From Ophelia neglecta (taxonomy: Eukaryota): a DNA stretch of 64,000 nucleotides. Within the stretch, counting starts at the first letter, position 1; each line of letters starts with the position of its first letter. Location of the stretch: contig OZ260662.1 of the NCBI GenBank assembly GCA_965285935.1, forward strand, positions 89,032,001 through 89,096,000, given 5' to 3'. Shown piece after piece: positions 1-13,088 of the stretch. The notes beneath the pieces are model-generated. The model did not search any database. It worked only from the letters and a program-made list of their open reading frames with translations, and had not been told where the DNA came from. The position numbers and the translations under genes were made by a program.

Positions 1-891
1 ACAATGAGCTAAGCATCTCATATATCCTCAGTATAAAAAAAAAACCATATTACAACAATTTTTAACCAATCCCTTGAAATTGAGCTTAGCGGTTTCTGAT
101 AAACTGCAGCAAAAGGTATTCATTTAGTAATGAGTGTTGCTGTTCCTTATAAATTTGTAATAAACTATGAAAAAAAATAAATGTACATGTATTTGTACAT
201 GTGGCATCGTTATTCTTTATTTGTACAATTTTTCATATTACATCGATGTGTTGACGCAATACTATCGGTTGAAAGATTCCTACAACATGTAATATTGCCC
301 CAGACAAGAAAATGCGGGTTCACTTGATACCTCCCTTTATTATATGCATTGTTGATTCAGCCACATTGCTGAGTTGATAATAATAATTGACAGATCTAAA
401 ACGGGTTCGATACCCGGTAAACACATCGAAAACACTGATCAAAATAATCCATTTAATCGGTGTACGTTGTCTCAATTACATAAACTGGGTTAAAAGGATG
501 AAAACGCCAGCTCACCAGGTTACGCTAAGTGGACCCCAACCACCAAACTATCAAATGTGGCCCATAAGTGTAACAAAAATGAAAATTCTATATATTTAAT
601 TTTAAAGCTAAAAAAGATAAGTAAAAACATGTATATCTGTTTTTAGTTGCAAGCCAGCTGGCTGGTCTAAGAGCAGCAAGCAACATATTTCTCTGGTCCC
701 GACCAGCACGCAAAGTACATTTACTGTTTCACTGGGTCAGTACAATGATGTCCACCACATACAGATCCATCTAGTGGTCTCTAGATGATCTGATGGCAAC
801 CAGCTAAGAAATTTATTGGCTGATCTGTTGCTATAAGGTTATTTTGTAACCTATTCTGTTCTTAAAGGGTTATTTTGTCAGCCAGCTGAAA

Positions 892-984
892 CTTCTCATG
901 AGGTCTCTGTCTCTAGGATAACCTCTAGTCCCTGCTACAGCGGCCGCAGCACATTTCAGCACTTTTGGCAGAACCGAATGGGCT
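892..984 (+). repeat. Diverged ~93-bp copy of 2422-2515 (fragment of a duplicated GT31 pseudogene)
   Basis: ttctcatg(a/c)ggtctctgtct..aggata..c..tagtccctgctacagcgg(c/t)cgcagcacattt(t)cagcac...tggcagaaccgaatgggc is present at both loci in the same orientation. Confidence 0.85.
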
Positions 985-2412
985 CAAAACAGGTATACAT
1001 CAGGACATATAGTTGGGGACCCACGTATGCTGATTCAATTAAAATTATCATATATGATGTTATCAGTGTTGACCTTTTCATCTAGAAATATTAAGCATTT
1101 CTTCATTATGCACTAGTAAACAATGTTATCATGTTTATAAACTGTGTACGAAACGGGCAAACAGTTTTTTTTTTTTTGGTAAATGAGGATTTTATTCTCG
1201 GGTGCCTTTTTTGTTGATCGTTTACTAATTGTGGACGTTGGGCTACGGTTTTCAGTAAGCCATCGTTCAAGAGACATTGACAAGTCGACGCCCCATTGAC
1301 CCAGTTTGGATACTGAAAGTCAAACCTGAGTGACGGCGGTCATGAAGCTAAAATGGAGACCAGATAGTCATGAATAATTTTGTCGGTGAACTGGGGCTGC
1401 ATATCTCAATTAAAACGACATCGTTATCAATCAGATTGGTGAAATGATTGCGGGAAAACTCGGATGCCCTAAACTCAAGGACTTGGTCTTCTTAGCTCGT
1501 AAATATTTCAGTTTCAATCTACCATGCAATATTTCATTCCCGCTCTACCAATGTGCTGATCGAACTAATGATATTATCTTCCCAGTGTTTTGTCAGATTT
1601 CATCTCGCGTTGAGGAGGAAAGTTTTGATGATTTACTGGGGGTCAGCCTCGTGCTGGCTTGGAGCGATTAGCCTACAGATATTGACCCATGTTATAACGC
1701 TCCGAGCCCCGGGGCCGTCTGCTAGAGATATCATCGTAAACTTTGGGAACTGCGAACAGGTAGCCTTAAGCAAAACATCGTATCTCACCAAAACGGCAAA
1801 AGGTCAAAAGCCAAAGGTTAAGGTCAAGGCTGTAGAATGAACCAAAACTTGCATGTAAAATCTACGAAGTAGTGAGCCGGCAGAAAGGCAAAAGCCTCAT
1901 ATTTTTTTTATGTGCTGAAAACGGTATCCGCTCTCTCTTTCCGTTAAATCTCTCTAGTGGCAAGTATAATCTTTGGTTGGCTCGTTTCAACCCCACACAT
2001 GGTTAGTCTGATTATACAAGATCACGAGCAGAATGGAATTGGATGTGGGAGGGGAGTGGTCATATTTTACGCACTTTTGGTTCTGCCCTTTCTTATCAAA
2101 GTCATTCTCGTGAAGTCATACTAGCGGCAGTTAACATGGCCTGCCACTTGAAACTCCCGCTCTTCACTCGTGGTTCTCCCCTAACCACATTAAGTTAACT
2201 GCTCAGATATCTACTGTGTTTCTTTGCGAGCAGACCCTAATCCTATTGATTAAATATGCAACTGAAGCCTAGATTTAGTTTTATTTGAGCTCAAATCGTT
2301 TGAGGACTATGTTAAGTGGACGACATTCTTTGTATACAGTAGAGGTGCATGACGGACCTATCGTCCTGTAACAAGTGAGAAGAGGAATCGGCGCCTTCTA
2401 TTGAAGTATACC

Positions 2413-3350
2413 ATCGACATTCTTCTCATGCGGTCTCTGTCTCCAGGATACCCCATAGTCCCTGCTACAGCGGTCGCAGCACATTTTCAGCACGCTTGGC
2501 AGAACCGAATGGGCGATAAAACTTCTCTTCTCTTGATTGGAACAAATATCTTTATCTAAAAGGCCCGTAAACGAGGAAATAATGCTATAAATTAGGTGTA
2601 GGAAGACCGAGGTTGACGTTAAGGGTGCTCGCTCGGGTAAAATATCCTGCTTGGCAAACTTGATATAACGTGACCTGAGCAGACGATAGGGAGCATTGTG
2701 CTGGTTGTGGACCGGATATGTCACTGTTATTATACTGCTTAAAAAAAGAAACAAAACGATAGGAACGCGGTTTATATAATATCTGGATTCAACGATCAAT
2801 ATGTCATATTATGATCTTACCAAATGGTCAGGGGAGGGAGAGGGGGATAACTGGTATAAGCTTCTTACCACTGAGTCAGATTCAAAAGGAAAGTGATTTG
2901 CAAAAAAATCTGCTTTCTGCATAAACATGGTTTTCTAAACATAAAATATGGAGCATGGCCAAAAGTGATTTCTACTAAGTGGTTTGTTTTGTTTTGTTTA
3001 AATGAGGGACGCCCATATTTATAGAATCTGAATGAACATAGTCCTTGAAGCAACTGAATAGATAGCACCAACAGAAATTGGGTTTCAATATGTCCTTGTT
3101 GCAGCCACCTCGTCTTCTGAGGAGCCCAGGTACCCTAATCATGCCAGCAAGAGCGGCCATGAGAGACCACATTTGTTCAGTTGAAGTGGGGAGAATGACT
3201 TGGCCTTCACCCGTGAACATAATTCCGTTACCAAGTCAGACTGTTAAGTCAGTAGTAGTTCTTTCTGCTTTTTTCAAAGCCATTTGAAGAGTACTGCGCG
3301 TTCCGCCAAGGGTTAGCGGACAATGAAGAGTTCGGAGTCATGTTGCCTCA
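2413..3350 (+). pseudogene. Decayed GT31 (beta-1,3-galactosyltransferase-like) gene, copy 1
   Basis: Manual translation across frameshifts gives, in GT31 order: IDILLMRSLSPG, HAWQN, KTSLLLIGT, RLTLRVL, VT*ADD (cf. MKxDDD). After a probable intron (acceptor caacag ~3074) come ARAAMRD..V..TWP..VVLS. Confidence 0.45.
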
Positions 3351-6109
3351 TTAAGCAATCAGCTTTCAACAGCAACCTCTTCTTGCTAGAAGTTATATAC
3401 TTGTGAAGAGGGGATAGCATGTGTTTGGGGTCTTATTAGTAACAGCGAAAGTATTTGGTCGGGATCACATTTAAGGCAGAAAACCGGTATCCGTGTTCAT
3501 TTGTAAGGGTTGTTCCAGAAATTGTCATTGGGTAGAGGGGGTGGGGTGGCATTTCTTCGGGACCCTCCCCATCCGGACAAAATATTTGGGCAACCTCCGA
3601 GTTCAACCCCTCGAGCCCTCTGACCAAGAACATCAGTTGAGACCACATTTATATATATATATATAAGGGGTAAAATATGTTCCACCTCGTGGATATGAAA
3701 TTTAATCCCCCCCCCCCCCCGCTCCATTTGGGGATGATATCTGAAGACAAAAACGTTAAGGAGAGAGAATGAATTTACGGGCGATAATTAACTGAAAGAA
3801 AGGACCGTAATATAATGTTAATATTAAAACAATTGTGTTGTACCTAACCCGTTGAAAAACCAATGCAAAACTAATTTTAATCTCCCGGCTCTATGATAAC
3901 ATCTTAGAATCCAACTAATCAATGACAACCTGACTACGGTGGCGACGGACCCAAGCTCAGGTCACTCACTACCCCTTTTAGGCTGAGAATCCTTAATGGC
4001 TCGATGTTTCCTTTTCTCGGCTACATGCTTGGTTTCCTTTTAATTTGCCTATATAATGGGGGAGAGCGGGAGAGCAGGTATTTTTAAAACATAGAATTGA
4101 TGACAAATGTGTATGTGAGGTTACAGTACTCGACTCCCCGACTTCAATCATCAACCTAGGATGACAGCTGACAATGGATGTTCGTGGCTGACTCGCTGGG
4201 TTGTAGTGGGTCACTCAGCACCGGAAGGAAAGTGGTGCATTCTCACGTACTTATAAGATTCAGGTTTGGCCTTAAACGAACTGAAGAACCTGCAGGTAGA
4301 ACTGATATGCCGGTTACCAGTTTGTAATTCTACTATTTATCAAATACTAAAATAAAAGATGCATTACAAATGAACTTCTCAGTTTTGCTTGCCAACATTA
4401 TCCAAAACGGTTGTCACATTCATAAGCATTTTTGGTATCTATGTTAAAAAGAGACACAAAAGACATGCCATAGCCAAGGGAAGGGGCTTTTAGCCATCCT
4501 ATAGCGTATCTTTGGTATGGACAGCGTGCTAGCTCAACACTTCCGGTTTTATTCGTCTCCTTGCACTATCTTCGTACTGTTAATGTGTTTTCAGCTATTG
4601 AGTGGCTAGTAATTTTTCATACATTGCATAACTAAAACTGTCCTTCTAATATCAGAGCGTGTCCAAGTTCGTTTTCGTCTCTTATTCAGGCGACTCATGT
4701 GTGCATATTCCTTATTTGTTTGAAAAAGGAGTAATGCTCAAAATTCAATTCCGATACCAGTGAGACAACCAAAAGTCTACATATATAAAAAATATATCAA
4801 AAATTATACAGGTGTGCTTTTCGTTGAGAGACAATCACTTATGTGACAATTAGCAATGGTTTCATCTAAAAAAGTATGGTCTATGGAAGCAGCTCGTACT
4901 CCTCCTTCATATTGGTTCTTCAAAATTCACCACGCTGTGGGAGCGCCCACAAGTCTGTAACTGTGTTATCTATAGCCTGGCGTGATGATACTAGCAAAAA
5001 CAACTTTTAAAAAGGTAGCCGTCATACACTAAAGTTTGTTGATAACTGAAGTAACTGAGGAATGGCAAACTCCGTTTCGTTATGGTTCAAAAGTAACCTA
5101 AACTGAATATATATCGCAGGAACAAAGCTTAATTTTTCATAAAAGCAACAACTGCAAAACAGCAAAATAATCACAATATATGTACGTGTTAACAAGTAGA
5201 GAACCCAAAACCTTGCAACACATATTCCAATCCCGTCATATCCAAACATCTCGAGGTGATATTTTACTTCATTTTCTACTTATGTATTACCATCTTATCG
5301 AGTTGAAATCTATATATTTTTTTAAACATTTTATGTGTTGCCACTGCAATTTTTGTTTAAGTTTAAGAATGGGACCAATTTCATCTAATGAAAAAAACCT
5401 GAATCAAAAGTTAGCTTTTGTATTTTGACCAGAATATAAACCTGATCCGATAATTGTTTAATATTTTTACCTGAATATAAACCAGTAATCGTCGAAAAGT
5501 TATGCCCAGTTCAATATTTACTAATTAACCAGCTAATAAAGGAAAGAAGATTTTATCATATGATTAAGGTTTTCAAATATAGCTCCAGCGATAATTAGCC
5601 TCCTATTTTAGGTGTTAGAAACTGATAACATGATTACACCCAGCTAAAAGTTTCCCTAAGGATCCGTTTTGCTCGAGATACCCGTCATTATATAAAGAGA
5701 TTAACAAACACAAACCCTATACAGAAGGAAAAATAAACCTGTGTGAACCTAAAGTTAAACAAGACATTTGGTTTTCTGATGTTGAGACCTCTTATAATGC
5801 AGGTAAAGGTAAATCATATACATCTACTGACAAGACGAATACATAATATGACCTATATGAATTATTTTCACTTAAAACCCATACCTAATAGGTCTCCAAA
5901 ATATCTTGAACTATTCAGGCGTTCGTTGAAGGGCCAGTACTGAGCCTTACAGAAAAATGAATAATGGTAACCTGTAGGTTGAATGAAAATAATTCCTATG
6001 CTTTTATAATACCTGGACGCATGGACTTTTCTTTTCTTATAAGAGAACTTGCTTGTAGATGAAAGTCATCAAAGGACTTCAAAGAGCACAAAAGGAAAGA
6101 GCAGATACC

Positions 6110-6370
6110 TTGTCAGGGACACTCTCTAATAATTTCCGAGGCTCTATGTGTACCCAGCAAGAAAACTGATGAAGGTTGAGTTTTGTCGCTGCCAGTCTGG
6201 TACACTAATAGCACTTGGCTTTGATCCACGGTAAGACATTTCTGCCCAACAAGGTGACCTTGAAATTGACGGATCCCATCTCCCGGTCTCGCGTCCAGTA
6301 AAAAATGGGTGTAATGTGCGCCAGCAACATAGTCTGCTCGATTCCATTACCACAAACTCCCCCTAATGGC
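6110..6370 (-). pseudogene. Decayed GT31-like exon, copy 2 (N-terminal catalytic part)
   Basis: Reads PLGGVCGNGIEQTMLLAHITPIFYWTRDREMGSVNFKVTLLGR, resembling C..LLxxV.S..RR..IR.TWG...VFLLG. Ends at a possible donor gacaag|gtatct. Confidence 0.3.
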
Positions 6371-7058
6371 CAGGGCACTTCTGCCTATTTGCCACTTGTG
6401 TATCTTCAGTCTAAAGATGATCGATAACTCTTCCCAGAGGAGAACGTCCAAGACATTTTCATTTCTCCAATTTTACTTCATTAATTAGAGGAGGGAGAGT
6501 GGGAATGCTGACTACTTCGCTTCCATTAGGGTGGCCATATCAGAGCCAGTTCCCTGGCTCCACCTTATCAGGAGTGGCTGACACTTCACTTCGTCGTCCC
6601 CCTCTCCCAACACCCGACGGGCAAACGGCGTCAGCGATACCTTCCTTAACCCTGGTCAGAATCCCCAACCCCCACCGACAATGAATCTACCCATCAATGA
6701 GAATTCAACAGATATTGGACATATGGATATGTATCACTGGCAATCGTGATAAAACCCGGTCGGGTCGGGTTTAACAGCTATAGACAACCAATTATTTCGA
6801 AACGCGCCAACATTTAATGGACGTAAATCAAATCGTTCCGTTTCCCCAGCCGATCGCCATCAGACAATCAATTTGGATGTCCACTATGTGATCGATTTCA
6901 CATTGGATCCCAATTGCTATCAGTCGATGGTTTTCTGATAAATATAGTTACTACCATTGGCGAACACAGGCTATCTTCATCTAATGCAAAGGTCATTTGT
7001 TTCTTCCACTATCAGATTTTTGTTGGTGCTTCATTGGCCAATATCCTTACACCTAGTA

Positions 7059-8260
7059 TCATTTGCAATGGAACGCTTCAGCATTTTTGTCACTGAGAAA
7101 GATGTCTTCTAAGGCCGGGGTTACCCGAACAAACCAACCGTCTGCGAGTATTGAGTCCGCTAAATCTGGCGTGAGTACATCACTAGTGTGTTTCTTCATC
7201 TTTTTACCATCAATTTTCCGTCCGGCTGGACACAGGAAAACCACCAATGCCACGTGTATTGAGCACGGGTAGGGATGCAAACATCATGAAAGATACCCAA
7301 TGATTGGCAAATCCCTTGTAAAATATGATGGGGAAACTGGTAAAGTGTCATCTGTCATCGTCCGCGGCCGAGCTGTGGTTATAATGCCAAGTTATCAACC
7401 CCACCCATCAATGGCCATTGCGTTTTTTTTCCATCAAAAATATAAACACAGGTAAATGAGCTCGCATGGAGATGACGGATTCATTAGGCAAATGATGAAA
7501 ACTGCCGTTAGATTTAGACAAAGATAACTTGTTTGGACTGAAAATAAAATGACCTAAATCAGTTAGGGCCATTGCTGTCAATTATAGCAAATGCTTGCTG
7601 TCAGGAAGAACTACATTGAATGACAATGCTGTTAGTGCCGTACACTTGGTAACCAACGCAGATATAATTAAATGAGAGAAGATTTCTGTCATTGAGGGCG
7701 TATTAGACACTCATATCTGAGACGTATGTATCTCTACTCATATATTGGGGTGTATAAACCATACAATCGTCTGCTCCAGTCGAAAATACACGTAGAAAAT
7801 TTGTGTTCATAAACATCATTCGTTCTTCGGCAGTGAATCACAAAAAGCCATTTGTAGCAAGATTTGACTTGGAAAGGCGAAGATCCACAGAATCCGTATT
7901 GATTTCGCTAAGAGAAATATTTGATTTCGTTCTGTTGGCCTCGTTTATCAAAGCCCGCGAGATGTTCCAACCCTCGGGGTGAGCTTTGTTCATGGTCGGC
8001 ATATTTCTTATGGGGCAAAGAGAGAAATTCTTCCCAATCAATATAAATACTAGAGCTGAACATTAAAAGTGCCGATTAACAGCAAGGCCTATTTGTACCG
8101 AGAATCGTTAACACAAATGTACATTTTATCGCCCATATGGGAGCAAGTTTAAGACTTGTAATTTCTTTTTCATTAGCAATATCTCGCTGGATGCCTTAAT
8201 TCTGTTCTATGATGGTCATGATAATAGAATCAGAAGGATGTAAACGACAGGAAACAGTAT
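7059..8260 (-). pseudogene. Decayed GT31 gene, copy 3
   Basis: Ordered motifs: VVYILLILLS*PS*NR (~8200-8260), YLYLIGK, SRALINEANRT..TDSVDLRLSK (ORF 7838-8041), GADDCMV (~7770), GIITTARPR..VSPSYFTRDLPIIGYLS*C (7281-7390), VLTPDLADSIL..PALEDIFL (ORF 7059-7280; cf. YVxSxDxA...LEDVF). Confidence 0.6.
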
Positions 8261-9545
8261 AGAATCAAACAGAATGATCTCGTGGACTATACCGCATGAT
8301 ACATCGACCTACTTCTACTCTGGCATCCTGTTCAACTAAATATTGTAACCGCTGGCAATATCTTGCAACATACAGGACAAGTATCTGTCGTTTTGTCTTA
8401 TACTAGAGCGAACACTCGGGAATGGCCATTCAATGGACGCCCAGTGCCCATATTTGTATGGGCCCGTGGGAAAACCTGGTCCGTTGTTTTGTGTGATCTA
8501 AAGCATCCTTACCTGCCGGGTGTCTCAATAACTTCTTGTAAGTCATGAAGGAACCAATCCAAATTATAAGCCATGCCAAGCTAAAGCTGGTGGGCCAAGT
8601 TGCAACCACATTTGTCAGCATGGTACCGGGAAAATAATGTTTCCGATTCTTTTGAAGATGGCACAATCCTACAGGGGTTCTTGTTGTCTATGGTCTCTTA
8701 GATCAGTAAATTCCTGCTGTTGGTTTACAAGCAAGACCGGGGCTGTGGATGGCTCTTTCAGCCTGCAGCCCCGAGTGATTTGGCGTGGTTTAAATACCAT
8801 TGATGGCCTGGAAGGGATTACCTAACTGCAGTGGTACCATTTAAAACACAACTTAATGAATTGCATTTCCGCCACGCGTATATAGTGGTGAAATGTGGTG
8901 GTATGGGTCTGATCATATTTGAAAATTGTTAGTAGTATATTTCATAATTAAATTCATTCTTCATTGTTGGCGCAGTATCGAGGTACGTCATGTAGGCATG
9001 TCTTAAGAGGACATTATGCAGTTTTTATCCGCTTTTTGGCTTTTAAAGTATTAAATTATTGTAAATGTGGCAAGGTTGGGGGTGAGAGAAAGGGAGTCGG
9101 TGTGGAAATAGCGTCGTTTCGTTCAAAAGGGTTTGGACTCTTACTGTCCAGGGTATTTAACGTCGGGATCTACATGGGTCAAATTTCTGGATGAGTGGTT
9201 TGTTTGGGTGGGGTATAGGGTGGGGTCAGGTGTGGAGGGAAGTTGAGTTGTGGAGTTAAAGAATTGTGACACCAACAGGGGAGTAACATATATGTGGCTA
9301 CCTCCTACTGGCGGATATAATCAAAATTACATTTCGAAATAAATGGGCCGATTTCAAATTTATACAGATGACAAGAATAAGCAAAAAAAGATCGATGCCC
9401 CCAATACTTTCCTATTCAAGTACAAAGCCTGCTGTTAAATTGACTATGAAGTGTCATTTCCTGGAAAATGTCATTTCTCCTATAGAAGTGCTGTAGTAGT
9501 AATCCTTTTTTTTATTGGACAAAATCCTTCGTGGTTGCCATAAAA

Positions 9546-9565
9546 TGTGTGTGTGTGTGTGTGTG
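9546..9565. repeat. (TG)10 microsatellite
   Basis: Perfect TG dinucleotide run. Confidence 0.95.
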
Positions 9566-9849
9566 AGTCATATGGTGGGGTGGCGTTTGGGGGGTTTGGG
9601 AGGAGCTTCATCGAGAACTGACCAAAGATTTGCCCCCCCCCCCTTCACGTAGCTAATGCACTTATCTATTTCATTCGGTGTAATTTAACTTTCGGATATC
9701 ATTTAGGTTTCTTCGGGGAGGAAGACCCAGACTAACGGTCGGCTTCTCGTGCCCGTAATGAGCCTTATTTCTCTGGAGACTCCCATCGAGAGCTATCCTT
9801 TGAAATCAAGTCCGAAAGATAGCATCTGTAAAAAATAGTCGAGAGCGGC

Positions 9850-10620
9850 TAAACAAAACTAAATACTTTCTTAAGCAGAATTTGGATCGTGACGCACAAC
9901 AGATGTATAATGTTAATATGTCGGTTATTTTCAAAATCCATCTCAGTGTGACAAACAGGCAGTTCCCGCACCATACCCCTCTGGGAGCTTATTCATCATT
10001 CAGTCCAATATTTCAGCAAGTATTAATATGATCAAGTCACTAACTGCTCAAATAGTAATGTGACTGTCTTTACAATAACTTTAGTTTCCAATTAGCAAAC
10101 GATTAACACGTTAATTTATTCAATTTAATTGATAGCGTTTTTTATTTATTTATATGTACATCAAACGCACATTAACTATGTATAACATATCGTTCAACGC
10201 AGTTGAGTAAACATTTACAACAGAATCTATTATGTAGGATTTCGTCCTGGCTGGACGGTGCATAACCCCAATAAATGTCAGCGTGCATGCACATCACTCT
10301 AACAGTTAGACACGGTCAGAGGTTATTTTGGGGATACTGTATTCAGCGCTGCGGGGTAACGTATGGTGCCCTAAAATTGTCGGGGTCTTAATATCGTCAC
10401 AATTGAACCTATTTCAACCGGAGTTGCGAAACAGCAGGGTGAGTAAGCAATTTCATTAAGTTTTATCCATTTTCTTGCCTTGCAAAACCTGCAATTGATA
10501 TAAATCAAGAGATGTAAAATATGGACATCGACAAAATGGGCTCTGACAATTAAGCGATACCAGATTTCGAGTGAATTTGTACAGGAGACATTTTCTTCAA
10601 ATGGGCGATAATAGAGTAAA
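9850..10620 (-). pseudogene. Possible very decayed GT31 gene, copy 4
   Basis: ENVSC...LHLLIYIN.RF..RKWI (ORF 10371-10649) and VVRHDPNS (~9880-9905; cf. VIRDPxSKW). This is the weakest copy. Confidence 0.2.
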
Positions 10621-10939
10621 TTAGGATACGCGGCGTTGCGCGCGCACAATCCAAATAGGATAACCCAACCTATACAGATTGGCGTCCCATTTTAAAAAGC
10701 ATGTGCGCCATTGCCCGTAATTTTGGTAAACATTTCTTCCTTCCATGATAACCGTCTCCATTTTAGTCGGGACAAACAGTGTTAGTGACAAACAACGTCT
10801 TTGTCTTCACTTCCTATCGTAACATCTGATAAATCAAGTCTTAACCCATTTCTTTAATATGTTTGGGCCCTTGCCCATCCCCTTTTGGAGATATCATCAG
10901 GATTTTGTCTTATTTTGGGTGATAATCGACGAAAAGTGA

Positions 10940-12000
10940 GTGAATATTGCAATGATAGCCAGTCCTTTGGGACAAGACACTGACTTCTCACGGACCTTGC
11001 TCCCTATTCGCTGTCAGCTCAAATCAATGTTGACCGACTATAGAAGCTCTCCTGCCACTTTCCTCTCGTCCCGTCATTCGCGCAGAGGACTTGTCCCAAA
11101 TGTGACACAGGCGAGAATTAGCGCGTGAATAACACATATTCTTGCTCATCCATTGTAATGTCTGTATAATTGACTTGTCTGAAGACGGGACGCCTCTTTT
11201 AAAAATGATTAATCCGATAACAAGGATTTTCCTTTACAGACGTTTATTGCCCCACAATCCCATGTCTCCTTTTAAGCGGAAGACCATTAATTAGAGGAGA
11301 CATGCCCATTTTCTTTGAATACTGAGCAGCCAATGCCACCATAGTTTCTGTATTCAATTTTATAGAGATAAATGTAATTTTCCGTTTCGTTTGAGAAAAG
11401 AGTGAGGCATTATGCAGTAGTATCTGCTGTATATGACATTGTGTGGTCGGGATCTGTAATAATATTGTAACGGTTACGCTATTCCATCCAAAACATCGGT
11501 ATAGGGGAAAGGGCGTGGATTACATTTTTGTGATCTGGATGTCGAGTGAAGTCAGTTCCATACTAGAGAACGTAAGATTATCATCTAGAAGATTCGAAGA
11601 TCCGAGTCTAACCGGAAATGTTGTCTACGCCTCTGTTTACGAATCTTGTCTTAGATTTAACTTGATGATAATGAAAGTTTTAAAGGAGTTAAGGGATAAC
11701 ATATATTTAAGTCATTCTAGGACTATTTTTGGAATATAATTAGCTAGTAAGCCATCAGCCAATGATTTCAATAGATTCGTAAATACTAATCTACCACGAG
11801 AACAGTTACACCATGGTAGCATTGCAACAATAATAAGGCTACGACCATAGCAGTCGACAATGACACCACAGGGGCACTCGAGGTGCTGACCCAATGTCAC
11901 ATGAACGCTCTATCACAATTACCAGTTTATCAAATCATCCAACATCTCCAGATAGAATCACTCCGTTTGGTGAGCTATCTATCGGCTTTTTCCTCTTATA
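10940..12000 (+). pseudogene. Decayed GT31 gene, copy 5
   Basis: ORF 10940-11128 contains MLTDYRSSPATF..RHSRR (cf. KSSPxNFxRRxAIR). ORF 11443-11739 contains YRGKGVDYIFVIWMSS..ILENVRLSSRRFED..GNVVY..Y..NLMIMKVL (cf. VFVLG...ESxxYGDI..GNFxDSY.NLTLK). Confidence 0.55.
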
Positions 12001-12894
12001 TTTCATTACATTTATTATTATGGGAGACACGTTAGTTCGTATAAAGTAGCCGTTGGATCACTGTTGATGAATGGCACTCGGTATTTATCCCTGCCATAGT
12101 TGGGCGCCTGTATTAAAGCTCCTTGGCGGCCAATGAATAGGTGGGAGGGTTGACCTCTGCGGCTTAGCGTTTGACACTTCAAAATATGAGGAATGTATGA
12201 TAGGGCCTGTCACTACCTCAAACATGGCCGGGCCCCTTTTCCGCGGATTAGCTGCTCAACGAGGCCGTGAATATTAAAGTCCTGTGGCAGGGACTTGACA
12301 CGTTGTACGTGCATGTTTTGTTACAAAAGTCTTCTTAGCTTAGACAGATTACCAAGGAATCAGCTGCCAAGAAAAGGTTCTGTCCAATATTTCCGCAGGA
12401 ACTAGTGGCCGGTTTCATTATTTGCAAACTTTAATAACGGTACAGTACATGTATGCTGGTCAGGTAGTGCAATTCAGTGATCTGTAGCCTCGGGATTTTG
12501 TTTGTGGAGAGTGCAGAAATGATAAGCATCCCCGATCGAGTTGAACACATCATTTAATCAGGAGTTTCTCCGAGAACTTCTTTAATTTTTTCAACATAAA
12601 TATATCAACGCCCTCACCCTGGAGCCAAGCATTTTAAGTAGCAGAGCCTAGTGTTATTTCATTGAAATTATAAAAATGGTATGTTGGTTGCTAATGGTGA
12701 AGGCTAGCTATAATGAATTTCCAAGTCGACAGATATCACACCAAGTCCTGTAGGGCTTCAAAAGAATACTACCCATTGATGTTGGGAATGCCAGTACATC
12801 AGAACGATACTAAAATTACTACTCACAAGCTTATTATACTAAATATAGTAACAGTCGTTAACTGTCAAAGAATATATCATTTTGACGGTAGCTG

Positions 12895-13088
12895 CAAGGG
12901 CGTAACTAGGGGGTTTGGGGGGTTCGTCCTAACCCCCCTTTGTTAGCTGACTTAACTGGAGTTGTCAAAAAAATTGTTCTATAGTTCGAACCGCACAATC
13001 TACGAACCACCACCAGAAAAACCCGTGTTGGTCCATTTCATGTCGCGCTGAAGGGTACCCCCCTTGTGGAATCCTGGGAACGCCCCTG
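12895..13088. mobile_element. Non-autonomous DNA transposon (MITE) with 5-bp TSD
   Basis: Imperfect TIRs caagggcgt / acgcccctg. Identical flanking AGCTG at 12890-12894 and 13089-13093. Confidence 0.8.

Noticed and set aside
1590-1900. Possible LINE ORF1 remnant (SARDIIVNF)
   Set aside because: Only a single short motif, too weak to call.
8510-8700. Minus-strand RIVPSSKESETLFSRYHADKCG, reminiscent of an integrase HHCC region
   Set aside because: No catalytic core or terminal repeats nearby, so it may be chance.
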